Assembly: GCF_006345805.1 (NCBI RefSeq)
Contig: NC_043011.1
Location: 56,060,464 to 56,124,463, forward strand
Length of the DNA stretch: 64,000 nt
Reading direction: 5' to 3'
Source: Octopus sinensis
Lineage: Eukaryota
How positions within the stretch are numbered: position 1 is the stretch's first letter; every line of letters starts with the position of its first letter. A program made the translations under genes and the position numbers. Under the pieces are notes generated by a model. That model searched no databases. It saw nothing but the letters and a program-made list of their open reading frames with translations, and had not been told where the DNA came from. Shown in pieces: positions 13,913 through 26,454 of this stretch.

Positions 13913-14286
13913 TCTCTCTATATATAAACAGCAAAATGTCTGCCTCTGTGTGTGTGTGTGTCCTTTATACAAATCCACAAATTTTCAGTTAGAGGGCTCA
14001 CACTTTCTATGGTCATTCAAAACCATCCAAGGGTGGTCGTGCACATCTTTACATTTCCCCAGTCACCCAGCAAAGCCATTAAAAAATCGATAGAAGTGAC
14101 TTTTTTGTGAATTTTCTATCCAAAACCCAATCAAAGTGCCCGAAACTTGATACGCCAATTGAATGCCAACTAGCCGTATGTGATTGGTTGGAGATTTGGA
14201 CAGTACTCGCATGTATGTGCGCACGCACGCAGCTGTATATGCATGCACTAGCACTATGACCTGGCGTTGCCAGGTCAAAGTGCTAG
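13913..14286 (+). mobile_element. Non-autonomous Helitron
   Basis: A|TC start, subterminal hairpin GACCTGGCGTTGCCAGGTC, CTAG|T end; second copy at 22919. Confidence 0.8.
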
Positions 14287-14586
14287 TATTACCTAAATTA
14301 ATTTTTATTTACCTTTGTAGAATTTTTCTATTGCATCTGCTTTAATCATCGAATGCATTCTGTACAATTCTCTCTAATTTTACTTATTGCCCCACAATCT
14401 TTATTTCTTTCTCAGCATCACTTTTTTACTTACTGTAAAATGTTCTGGTTTGTTGTTGTACAAGGGGACAATCACACATAAATTAGTGTATTACATAACT
14501 TGCTACTCTACTCCACAAGGACACTAATCATCATTGGTTTTACTTTGGAAGACACTAAAATATCAGGTATGTTATTATTTATTCAG

Positions 14587-14810
14587 GTGATAAGTGAACG
14601 AGATATTCTCGGAACTCAGCTGGTTCGGCGAAATGATGAATTAGCATTGTTGTTTGAGAAAATTAAAATCCAGCAGTCAACGCTGAGCAAAGGTGAGGTT
14701 CAATACGATCAACGTCTGGAAGATATACGGGTTTTGAAACTGGAAATAAAGAAACTGAGAAGAGAGAAAATCATTCTTGAAAAATCTGTGGCCAATGTCA
14801 ATGATCTCAG
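14587..14810 (+). CDS. CFAP58: CFAP58 coding exon
   Basis: ttcAG|gtg...ctcag|GTgtgt, phase 0-2; VISERDILGTQLVRRNDELALLFEKIKIQQSTLSKGEVQYDQRLEDIRVLKLEIKKLRREK... Confidence 0.96.
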
Positions 14811-15180
14811 GTGTGTAATTAAAATATATCTTATGAAAATCGTTTTATTATTATCATTATCATTGTCATTCACTGCTGTTAATTTTATATTTCTCATATT
14901 TTAACGACTCCTCTTTGAATGAGAATAAAATTACTCAGGCTCTTGTTCGATTGAAATCTAGAATGGAACTTAGTAACTGGAGCTGAGAAGCAGCATCAGT
15001 GGTAAACTCACTCAGCAACTAGACTGAGAGTTAAGTGTCTCCAGAATGTCAGAAACATCTGAGCAAGGTAGAGAGTCTGTTTTGCTTTTGTAAGAAAATA
15101 AAAACAGAAAAAGAGGCTTCAGTGTCATAATTGGAAAGGTCCACCTGGTCTGTAGATTGGCAGAACAACAGTGGCAGCAG

Positions 15181-15600
15181 TGAAGGCGCAATGGCCCAGT
15201 GGTTAGGGTAGTGGACTCGCAGTCGGCGGATCGTGGTTTCGATTCCCAGACCGGGCGTTGTGTGTGTTTATTGAGCGAAAACACCTAAAGCTCCACGAGG
15301 CTCCGGCAGGGGGGGGGGCGACCCCTGTTGTACTCTTTCGCTCCAACTTTCTCTCACTCTTTCTTCCTGTTTCTTGTCCCCGGCTTCCTATGCAACCACT
15401 GAACCTGGATGCGTATTCATCCATCTGTCGATGCTCTCGGTGTTGGGGGTTGACCTGCTTTCTCTTCTGCGGGTCTTACGAATAGCGAAGGACCACGTTT
15501 TGGACTTCTCCCACTCGATCTTGTGAGCTCTGGGACGAAGACCGCTTTGCTCAACAGCAGCAGCAGCAACAGCAACAGCAGCAATAGGAGCAGCAGTAGA
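15181..15600 (+). mobile_element. tRNA-derived SINE family 1
   Basis: TGGCCCAGTGG (A box), GGTTTCGATTCC (B-box-like), (CAG/CAA)n tail. Confidence 0.9.
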
Positions 15601-17039
15601 ACTGCTGTAACTGTAACAAAAACCAAAACCTCTACAAAGAGAACAAGGCGGTGGAGCGCCACTTTGAAAACGGAAAGCATAACAGGAAGATTGCACTTGC
15701 CTGCAATAGTAGCAACCCAGCTGGAAATGGCATACACACACACACACACATGCATCCAAGAGCCTCTACCCTGCTCTCTTCGTTCCTTATCAAATGACAA
15801 AAACAAAGAAGAGGAGGCTGAGATATGATAAATCATTGCCATGAGGAAGAAGAGGAAGACACCACCAATGGTTAAATTCTCATAAAAAAAACATTAGAAA
15901 GAAAACCAACGGTACACCAAAGATCCTGCAAACCCCCCAAAAGCAGCACAACCACAAATGATCTGTTACTTATCTGCTTGACTTGCTAGAATTAGTAACT
16001 AAACCACCTTCAAATCACTTCCTATTGGCTGAAAAAAAAATGGAAATGTTGGATAATATAGTTCTGGGTTCTTTTCATACAGGAATATATCTACATGGTA
16101 GTCATGGTTGGAATGCCTTTAATAATAGGTCTGCCTGGTCACACTGGGCTTGGAGTTAAATAACAACATCAATACTATAATAAAAACAATCAACAACAAC
16201 AACAACAAGATGAATACACCTCACCTCCAGCATCCTCCAAAAGAAGGATTTAACTTAATTTCACCATTCGTTACTGTATATGTGGTATGATTAGACCTAC
16301 CACTAATTAGTGACTTGAGTTACAGTAAAAACTTCTTAAATCTTATTTGGACTGAAGAAGACTCATAACAAAATTTTCAAGACACTTGTAAGAATTGATC
16401 TCAAAATCCTCATCTTCTGAAGTTTCGCTTCTCACAGTGCCACCTTTTTGGCATGAGAACGATTACCATTATCATTAGATTCATGTTTTAGCTTCAAACC
16501 TTTTGAGATAATAGCCTCAAAGACAACATCTGCTATTGCTAACAATTCTTTAGGAATTTCATTATTAGCAATTCTAGAATCAGTTTACAGACTCCAACAC
16601 CTTTGCATTGACAACCTTTAACTTGATGTTTTAGCTTCTCCACCAAATGTTTTAATGTGTCTCCACCAATTTATCATCTTGTCAGAATAACCAACTGCAA
16701 ATATATTATAAAGTTGTCTAAAGGTATCGACTTAGATGCCAAAAGCTTGATGTCTTTGAATGCAGCTGAAAGTATCAACAGACACATAATTTACTAGTAT
16801 ACCAGTGTTGTCATAAATGATGGCATTTTGAAAGAAATATGCTGAAAATGGTATTTAATAAATCCATCAACACAGCATGACTTCCAAGTACTTGATAAAG
16901 ACTCATATAGTAAGATTATGTAAACTTTTAATTGAAAATACTTTTAATTGGATCCAAAGAGAGTTAAATATGAGGGAAAATTATTTCCATCTTTTACTGA
17001 GGCTGAAATAATATTAATTTCTTTCTTTGTTTTTTTTTT

Positions 17040-17272
17040 ATTCTTTTATTCTTTTATTGTTTCAGTCATTTGACTGTGGCCATGCTGGAGCACCACCTTT
17101 TTAGTTTTTTAGTCCAACAAATCAACCGCAGCACTTATTCTTTGTAAGCCTAGTACTTATTCTATTGGTCACTGTTGCTGAACCCCTAAGTTACAGAGAT
17201 GTAAACACACCAACATTGGCTGTCAAACGATGATGGGGGGACTAACACAAACACACACACATATATATATAT
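17040..17272 (-). mobile_element. SINE family 3, left half of a copy split by LINE insertion
   Basis: matches 39925-40150; sequence resumes at 20664. Confidence 0.85.
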
Positions 17273-20200
17273 CATCATCATCATCATCATCATCATCATT
17301 TAGCGTCCGTTTTCCATGCTAGCATGGGTTGGACGGTTCAACTGGGGTCTGGGGAGCCCGAAGGCTGCACCAGGCCAGTCAGATCTGGCAGTGTTTCTAC
17401 AGCTGGATGCCCTTCCTAACGCCAACCACTCCGAGAGTGTAGTGGGTGATTTTATGTGCCACCGACACAGGTGCCAGACGAGGCTGGCGAACGGCCACGC
17501 TCGGATGGTGTTTTTATGTGCCACCGACACAGGTGCCAGACGAGGCTGGCAGACGGCCACGCTCGGATGGTGTTTTTATGTGCCACCGACACAGGTGCCA
17601 GATGAGGCTGGCAGGTGCCAGACGAGGCTGGCAGACGGCCACGCTCGGATGGTGTTTTTATGTGCCACCGACACAGGTGCCAGATGAGGCTGGCGGACGG
17701 CCACGATCGGATGGTGTTTGTTACGTCCCCAAAGCACGGAGGCCAGTCTATGCGGTACTGGCTACGGCCACGTTCGGATGATTTTCTTGTGTGCCACCGG
17801 CACTGGTACCACAAAGATACAAATTCCATTTATGCTCATCTATTTTGATTTGTTTTGATTTGATTTGATTTTCACTTGCCTCAACAGGTCTTCACAAGTG
17901 TCACTTGCCTCAACAGGTCTCACAAGTGTCACAAGAAGGAAGGTATGCACAGGTGGACTGTCTACGTCGCCGGGTCTTCGGATGGTGTCTTTATGTGCCA
18001 CCGACACAGGTGCCAGATGTGGCTGGCGAACGGCCACGATCGGATGGTTTTCTTGTGTGCCACCGGTACTGGAACCACAAAGATACAAATTCCATTGATG
18101 TTCATCTATTTTGATTTGGTTTGATTTTCACTTGCCTCAACAGGTCTTCACAAGTGTCACGCGTGTCACACACTTGCCTCAACAGGTCTCCACAAGTGTC
18201 ACACACTTGCCTCTGCCTCAACAGGTCTTCACAAGTGTCACACACTTGCCTCTGCCTCAACAGGTCTTCACAAGTGTCATAAGAGGGAAGGTATGCACAG
18301 GTGGACTGACTACGTCGCCGGGTCTTTGGATGGTGTTTTTATGTGCCACCGACACAGGTGCCAGGTGAGGCTGGCGAACGGCCACGATCAGATGGTGTTT
18401 GTTGTGCCCACAGCACGGAGGCCAGTCGATGCGGTACCAGCTACGGCCACTTCGGATGGTTTTCTTGTGTGCCACCGGTACTGGAACCACAAAGATACAA
18501 ATTCCATTGATATTCATCTACTGCCGAATGTCGACCCAACAGAGGGACCAGCAATCCGAGTTAACAGTTCCTTAGTAGATAAGGCAATTAGAAGCATGAA
18601 AACAGGGAAAGCCCCAGGCCCATCAGGAATTACTGCAGAGATGCTCAAAATATCTGGTGGTGTCGGCTATAGCTTAGTCACCCGTATAGTTAACCAGGTG
18701 ATACACGAGGGGGTCATACCCAATGACTGGTGTAGCAGCATAATAGTCAACTGCTACAAGGTAAAGGCGACGCCCTAGAGACAAATAACTACAGGGGCAT
18801 CAAGCTGCTGGATCAGGTAATGAAGGTTACGGAGAGGGTTGTAGCCGAACTAATTAGAGAGAGAGTTACCTTAGATGATATGCAGTTTGGGTTCGTGCCA
18901 GGGAAAAGTACTACTGATGCTATATTCCTGGTAAGACAGCTGCAGGAGAAATACCTAGCCAAAGATAAGCCCTTGTACCTGGCTTTTGTTGACTTGGAGA
19001 AAGCCTTTGACAGGGTCCCCCGGTCCCTTATCTGTGGTCAATGAGGAAACTAGGGATAGAAGAATGGTTGGTGAGAGCTGTGCAAGCCATGTACAGAGAC
19101 GCTGCTAGTAAGGTGAGGGTGGGCAACGAGTACAGTGAAGAATTCCGGGTAGAGGTTGGGGTCCACCAAGGTTCAGTCCTCAGTCCCCTCCTATTTATCA
19201 TAGTCCTCCAGGCAATAACGGAGGAATTCAAGACAGGTTGCCCCTGGGAGCTCCTCTATGCTGATGACCTTGCTCTAATTGCTGAGTCACTATCAGAACT
19301 GGAGGAGAAGTTCCAGGTGTGGAAACAAGGATTAGAATCGAAGGGCCTTAGAATCAACCTAGCCAAAACCAAAGTTCTAATAAGTAGGAAGGTAGATCAA
19401 TCACAAATGCCTTCAGGTAGATGGCCCTGCTCGATCTGTAAAAAAGGTGTAGGTAGAAACTCTATAAGATGCACCAAGTGTAAGCTATGGACACATAAGA
19501 GGTGCAGCAATGTCAAAGGAAGGCTAACTAGGAAAATAGTTTTTGTCTGTGGCAAATGCTCAGGAGCAATAAACACTGGAAATATGCAGAGACCAACTTC
19601 TGCCACGTTCAGGGAGACAAACTAGAAGTAGTTGATAGCTTCCGCTACCTAGGAGACCAAGTCAGTAGCGGGGGTGGGTGTGCTGAAAGTGTAACTGCTA
19701 GAGTAAGAATAGCCTGGGCAAAGTTTAGAGAGCTCTTACCCCTGCTGGTGACAAAAGGCCTCTCGCTCAGAGTAAAAGGCAGACTGTATGATGCATGTGT
19801 ACGTACAGCCATGCTACATGGTAGTGAAACATGGGCCGTGACTGCTGAGGATATGCGTAAGCTCGCAAGAAATGAAGCCAGTATGCTCCGATGGATGTGT
19901 AATGTCAGTGTTCATAATCGTCAGAGTGTAAGTTCCTTGAGAGAAAAGCTGAACCTAAGAAGCGTCAGTTGTGGCGTGCAAGAGAGACGGCTGCGCTGGT
20001 ATGGTCATGTGACAAGAAAGGCTGAAGATAGTTGTGTGCAAAAGTGCTACACCCTAGCAGTGGAGGGAACTGTGGAAGAGGTAGACCCAGGAAAACCTGG
20101 GACGAGGTGGTGAAGCACGACCTTCGAACTTTAGGTCTCACTAAGGAAATGTCTAGAGACCGAGACCTATGGAAGTATGCTGTGCATGAGAAGACCCGGC

Positions 20201-20659
20201 AAGACTAGTCAGGCCATAACCCGTGGCCCCGACCTGGGACGTAGTCAGTCCTGTGCATACCTTCCTTCTTGTGACACTTATGAAGACCTGTTGAGGCAAG
20301 TGAAAATCAAATCAAATCAAAACAAATCAAAATAGATGAACATCAGTGGAATTGTATTCTTTGTGGTACCAGTGCCGGTGGCACACAAGAAAACCACCCA
20401 AACGTGGCCGTAACCAGTACCGCATCGACTGGCCTCCGTGCTGTGGGCACAACAAACACCATCCGATCGTGGCCGTTCGCCAGCCTCATCTGGCACATAA
20501 AGACACCATCCGAAGACCCGGCGACGTAGTCAGTCCACCTGTGCATACCTTCCCTCTTATGACACTTGTGAAGACCTGTTGAGGCAAGTGTGTGACACTT
20601 GTGAAGACCTGTTGAGGCAAGTGAAAATCAAACCAAATCAAAATAGATGAATATCAATG

Positions 20660-20663
<4 letters not shown>
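17273..20663 (-). mobile_element. RTE-type LINE insertion with inverted 5' segment
   Basis: (TGA)n tail and 3'UTR on minus strand (17273-18520); ORF plus start of 3'UTR on plus strand (18521-20663); 20-nt junction overlap. Confidence 0.85.
18521..20208 (+). pseudogene. 5'-truncated RTE-type reverse transcriptase ORF with PHD-like insert, four -1 frameshifts
   Basis: KAPGPSG, NYRGIKLL, QFGFVPGKSTTDAIF, FVDLEKAFDRVPR, GVHQGSVLSPLLF, LLYADDL, FRYLGD, WYGHV, GRPRKTW; stop TAG at 20206-20208. Confidence 0.93.
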
Positions 20664-20697
<34 letters not shown>

Positions 20698-20855
20698 GGC
20701 TTCTTTTAGTTTCTGTCTACCGAATCCACTCACAAGGCTTTGGTCAGCCCGTGGCTATAGTAGAAGACACTTGCTCAAGGTGCCATGCAGTGGGACTGAA
20801 CCCAGAACCATATGGTTGGTAAGCAAGCTACTTATCACAGCCATCCCTGTGCCTA
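20664..20855 (-). mobile_element. SINE family 3, right half (tRNA head) of split copy
   Basis: matches 40160-40320. Confidence 0.85.
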
Positions 20856-21302
20856 TGATTGTTGAAGATTTCTTCCACTATTACTTTATATAGTCATTGG
20901 TGAGTCTATTCCATACAACAAAAAGCACAGTGATTCACATGTATGTTAAAAGTCATTCATACTGATGAGTTATGCAGAGAAGTACAGAGAAAGTTTGTTG
21001 TGCATGGTTGAGTTACTTTGGTCAATAGGTGGATGGCATCACCCATAAACTCCTTTCTAAATTTTCATCCTTAAAATGTCCCTTTTTGTTAGTTCTATCA
21101 CTGAACCATGTGATAACAAATTTATATTAACAATAAATACAGATGAAAATTTTTTGGGATAAATATATATATATATATATAATACAAATAAGAAAATGGA
21201 GAAACAGGTTTGGTTTGTTCATCAACTTACAGATATTATAATGTTGGATTAATTATTCATTTTACCCCTATCTTACTTTGTAACCCCTATCTTACTTTGT
21301 AC

Positions 21303-21334
<32 letters not shown>

Positions 21335-21339
21335 ATGCT

Positions 21340-21540
21340 GGCACCACATGGTGCTAGTGCCATGTAAAAAGCACCTAGTATACTCTGTAAAGTGATTGGT
21401 GTTAAGAAGGGCATGTAGAAACCATGCCAGAACAAACAATGGGGCTTGGTGCAGTCCCTGGCTTCACTAGCTCCTGCCAAAGCATCCAGCTCATGCGAGT
21501 ATGGTAAACAGATGTTAAATGATGATGATGATGATGATGA
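21340..21540 (+). mobile_element. Decayed RTE-tail family short element with (ATG)n tail
   Basis: similar to 9940-10130. Confidence 0.6.
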
Positions 21541-21934
21541 TATATATATATCACTATGACATTTAAAGACTTAATGTCTTCCATATAATTTTTTTCAGTA
21601 TGAGATAGAAAATATATTAAAAAACTTTACTAGTATGAGATATTTTCATTTACTTTTCATGATTCAGTATTTGACATGTGTAGGTGTGTGTATATGTATG
21701 TATGCTTAAGTCTGAATGCCTTTCAATCTTTAATCAATAAAAAGCAGTTATAGGGCTGATATAACTGACTGTCCTCCCCCACTTCCCTCCCCATTCTTTT
21801 GCCTGTGTTAGAAACTGTTATTATGAAGGCATTGAGTGTCAGAAACAGAAGAGCAACCAATGAAATGGCTACAAATCTCCTGACTTTTGTATAAGAATCT
21901 GTATTTTAATGGCGATGATGGTTGTTGTTGTTGT

Positions 21935-22316
21935 TGTTGCTGTTGCTGTTGAGCGAATGGTCTTCGTCCCAGAGCTCACAAGATGGGAGAAGTCCGAAAC
22001 GTGGTCCTTTGCTATTCGTAAGACCCGCAGAAGAGAAAGCAGGTCAACCCCCAACACCGAGAGCATCGATGGATGGATGAATGTGCAACCAGGCTCAGTG
22101 GTTGCATAGGAAGTCAGGGACAAGAAACAGGAAGAAAGAGTGAAAGAAAGTTGGAGTGAAAGAGTACAGCAGGGGTCGCCACCACCCCCTGCCGGAGCCT
22201 CATGGAGCTTTAGGTGTTTTCGCTCAATAAACACACACAACGCCCGGTCTGGGAATCGAAACCATGATCCTCCGACCGCGAGTCCGCTGCCCTAACCATT
22301 GGGCCATTGCACCTCC
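21935..22316 (-). mobile_element. tRNA-derived SINE family 1
   Basis: near-identical to reverse complement of 15181-15570. Confidence 0.9.
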
Positions 22317-22918
22317 ACTTGCTTCTGCTGAGTGACAGACAAATCAACAAAGGTATCATAATCATGAACATTTGGTCTTCTTGTATTCTTAGGGCATTGT
22401 CAAATGTGTCCTTTTTAAAGATGGTAATGGCTCATTTGAAGGAATGGTTTTGCTGGTTTTTGATGAGGATAAGGAAAGAAAAAGGGACAATTGCTAACAT
22501 AACTACAGATCTTCCCCACCACCCTTCCCTGACTGTTGTTTCTTTATAATTTTGTATATTTTTTCAAAGAAATTTTCCAGAGAGATATTTTAGATAAAGA
22601 TTATGTCAGAATTTGTTGGGAAATTGTTTTCAAAGAAATGGAGAGGAGTTTCAATAATTCACACACCTTAATTTGTTTCTCATAACTTTCTTAAAAATGG
22701 AAAATTTTTGATAAAATTTTCTACAAATACATTTCAGATGGATTATGATTTTGTTGGAATTAAACATGTAAAATAAATTGAAGTGGAACTGGATCATTCA
22801 CACACCTTGATTTTGTTTCCTCATGCATTTTAATGAGGTGGGGAAATTACACACACACATGCACCTTTTTTTATTACACCAAAATCCAACATAATCATAA
22901 TTTACATCATCTGAAACA

Positions 22919-23273
22919 TCTCTATATATATAAACGGCAAAATGTCTGTCTGCGTGTGTGTATCCTTTATACAAATCCACAATTTTTCAGTTAGAGGGCT
23001 CGAACTTTCTATGGTCCAAGGGTGGTTGTTCACATCTTTACATTTCCCCAGTCACCCCACAAAGCCTTTAAAAAATAAATAGAAGTGACTTTTTTGTGAA
23101 TTTTCTATCCAAAACCCAATCAAAATGCCCAAATTTGATATGCCAACTGAATGCCAGCAGCTGTATGTGATTGGTAGGAGATTTGGACAGTACTTGCGTG
23201 TATGTGCGCATGCACGCAGCTGTATATGCATGCACTAGCACTATGACCCGACGTTGATTGGTCATAGTGCTAG
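22919..23273 (+). mobile_element. Non-autonomous Helitron, second copy
   Basis: A|TC start; 14-bp terminal stem CTAGCACTATGACC/GGTCATAGTGCTAG; CTAG|T end. Confidence 0.8.
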
Positions 23274-23900
23274 TGTTTGTTGAAATTCTTATTAAAAAAA
23301 ATATCCATTTTTCAGAAAGTTATGAAGACATACAAATTTGGTTGGTGGGGGAGCACATCTGTAGTAATCCCAGATTGCCTTCCTCTGTGTCTGTTCTTGG
23401 AAGTTCCTTTCATGAAGCAAGCCTGGGCAAGTTTATGTTTTATGAAAGGCCATCAGATGCCCCTGCAGACAGCCACCCACTTCCATGTCCATGATGTTGT
23501 CTAAAGAAATGAAAATGGTTCTTACAATTTGGCACCAATGTTATAGCAGACAAAATCAGAATGTAAAGAGCTGGAATTGGTAACATAAGGCATTTTGTCC
23601 AATGTGTTAGCAATCCTGCCAACCAACCAACCATCCTGAATAAATTCTGGATTTTATCAATTCCTAAAGTATGACAAATAAAACTGACCCCTGCAAGATT
23701 TGAACTCAGAATGTCAGAAGGTAGAATAAACAATGCATGGCATTTCATCTGACGTTTTTGGGATTCTACATAAACTAAGTTATAATCCAATAGTTGTCTC
23801 AAAATATTTCTGACATGTTTTAAATCATTATACATTTGATATAATGTTTATCATGTAATATCTACATATTATAATATTTATTATATATTTGATGTATCAG

Positions 23901-24012
23901 ACAAGAAGTATACGACACACAGAAGGAACTTCTACGGGAACGGACTCGTTGTAAAGCTCTTGAAGAAGAACTTGAGAATCCTCTGAATATTCATCGATGG
24001 CGGAAACTTGAG
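23901..24012 (+). CDS. CFAP58: CFAP58 coding exon
   Basis: atcAG|a...gag|GTaaag, phase 2-0; (R)QEVYDTQKELLRERTRCKALEEELENPLNIHRWRKLE; missed by ORF track. Confidence 0.96.
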
Positions 24013-25010
24013 GTAAAGAAGTTTAATGCGTATTATACATTTTCGTTATATTTTTATTATGTTGGCATTGTATCCTGCACTTGTTCTCAGTCTAGGACAC
24101 AATACATTCACATGAATAATATTTGCTAACAAGTAAGGCTTTGCTGGGATCTTTTCAGTTTTGATCGGCAGTTTTTTAAAATAATTTCCACATAACTAAA
24201 CACTTTTAAACTTCGTATACTGGTAGAATGTATTTATAAAACATCTTTTTCTCTTGGCTTTATTGAGAAAATTCTATAGTTTGTAAGATATTTGTTGTTT
24301 TTTTCTTCAATTTCTGCAATTTCAACCAATCAGTGATGTCTATTGAGGTGAAAACATTCTGTGCCGAATGAATATGTCCCTCGTTTATGTATTGGTTTAT
24401 GTATTTCACTGTTTGATTTGCCTAATAGTGGTTTTATCTCTAATATAATTTATATTTATACTGTGAAATTTGATTTAATCCTAAATCTAATTGTTCCCTG
24501 TAAATTTGGATTTACTCCCTAATATTATTATTATATGTATATATATATATTTATGTGTATGTGTATATATATATATATATAAATATATATACATATTTAT
24601 ATATGTATGTATGTATATTTCTATTGGATATCTTTGATATTCAATAACTTTGATGACTATTTTTATACAAGAATGTGTGTGTGTGTGTGTGTGTGGTGTG
24701 TGTGTGTGTGTGATGTAACTTGTGTTGAAGCAATGTAGTCAAGTACGTATGGCATTGAACTTAGGTTTCTGGGGAAGTTAGCGTCTTACCGTTGTCCATT
24801 CATTTCTAGTTCTTTTTCTCGGCTGCCAAACACTACAGAAACTGAAGCTGAGCATCCTCCCCCGTTTTATGAATTAACTTGACCATTAAGTTATGTCAGA
24901 CAGGTATTTAGATATTATGTCCTTCCATAGTTTATTCAACAGGTTATCAGGTATCACCAAAGAATTAGTGAACTATTAAGAATTGATTTCATTTGTATCT
25001 TCTGTTACAG

Positions 25011-25235
25011 AGCAGTGACCCAACTATGTATAAAATGATCCAACGAACACACACCCTGCAGAAACGGTTAATCAAAAAGACTGAAGAAGTGGTCGAGAAG
25101 GAACTGTTAATCCAAGAAAAAGAGAAGCTTTATATTGAGCTGAAACATATCTTAGCTCGACAGCCGGGGCCAGAAGTAGCTGAACAGCTTTCTATCTATC
25201 AACAAACTTTTAAAAGCAAGGTCAAACAAATGAAG
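25011..25235 (+). CDS. CFAP58: CFAP58 coding exon ending at probable GC donor
   Basis: tacAG|agc...aag|GCaaga; SSDPTMYKMIQRTHTLQKRLIKKTEEVVEKELLIQEKEKLYIELKHILARQPGPEVAEQLSIYQQTFKSKVKQMK; alternative weak GT donor at 25221. Confidence 0.92.
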
Positions 25236-25429
25236 GCAAGAACCATAATACTTATACCCAAATAATTCGATTTTCTCAACACTAGATTTCAAAAGACAAT
25301 AGGCAAGGTATTTTATTTACAAATGTTTGGTCTTGAGTCATGAATGCTGCTGACCTCTTGCATATGGGTTCAAACTCTTCTACAGTGTGTACCTGGAAAG
25401 TGTAGTATCTAGCCTGTTTATTCTCATTT

Positions 25430-25795
25430 AAGGTGTTGAATTGGTGAATGTTGTTGGAGTGTGGGATGGGATTTGTTGCAATATTTGTTGTAACTCATTG
25501 CATTCCGAGTTCAAACCTTGCCAAAGTCAACTTTGTCTTTTGTCCCTTCGTGTTCAATAAAAAAGTACCAGTCTAAGGTGTTGGATTGGCAGGACTGTTA
25601 AATGATTGGGAGAGATACCTGGTAGTATTTCCCAGTTCTTTGTGTTCTAATAGCAACACTTGTAATGATGCTGGTACCAATCTGCATTGGTCCAAGTTGG
25701 CAGTATTTTCCTTGGATAAGCTTTGTTGGCATGGAGAGGAGCAACTGCCAGCTTCCTTGAAAAAATCTTGCCCAAGCTTGCCTAAAACACACACA
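25430..25795 (+). repeat. ~365-bp segment duplicated at 27507-27872
   Basis: direct repeat with ~12 differences by eye. Confidence 0.9.
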
Positions 25796-26454
25796 GATGC
25801 AAGGCTGTCATTGACTGATGGAGGCCCTACACATTCATGTTGAACACATTCATTGTTTGATTATTATCCTCCATCTTTATTTTCTGGTTTGAAACTGTTG
25901 CAGGTCACATGATTATATTGAAAATCCCTCCCAGATTACAAACTTGATACAAAATTAATCCTCAATCTATTTTCCACTTGTTTTCAGATGACTTTTTTCT
26001 AAGATACACATGTCCTTAGATCACTTGATTTATTCAAAATATTGTGCAACATTAAATTCTAATTATTTAAATGAATTTCACGAATTTGCTAGAAAAATAT
26101 TTACAAATCTTTGTTGAAATTTTTGATAATTCTTTTCAAAATATAGACAGTTCAGTTTTTAATTTAATACAAATTATTGTGATAAACATATACTACAACA
26201 TAATTTTCAAGTGAAAAAAGGCAGCGGAGGAGCAGAATTGGTGGAGAATCAAGCAAAATGATTTGCTATATTTAATCAGATCTTTATGCTTTGAGTTCAA
26301 ATCCCACCAATGCCAATCTTGCTTTTCATCTCTCCAGCATTGATAAAATAAAATAAAAGTCAAGCATTGGGGGTTGATCTAATCAAGTAATGCTCTTCCC
26401 CAAATTTCAGACCTTGGGCCTATGTTAGAAGTAGTTTGCAATGAAACAGTTTCA

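Noticed and set aside
15181-15260. tRNA gene candidates at SINE heads (also 7500-7570, 22240-22316, 30515-30586, 40250-40320)
   Set aside because: Only A/B-box-like heads fused to SINE bodies; no complete cloverleaf
17450-17760. ~63-bp repeats superficially like a CRISPR array
   Set aside because: Contiguous tandem units without unique spacers, inside a LINE 3'UTR in a eukaryotic genome; no cas genes
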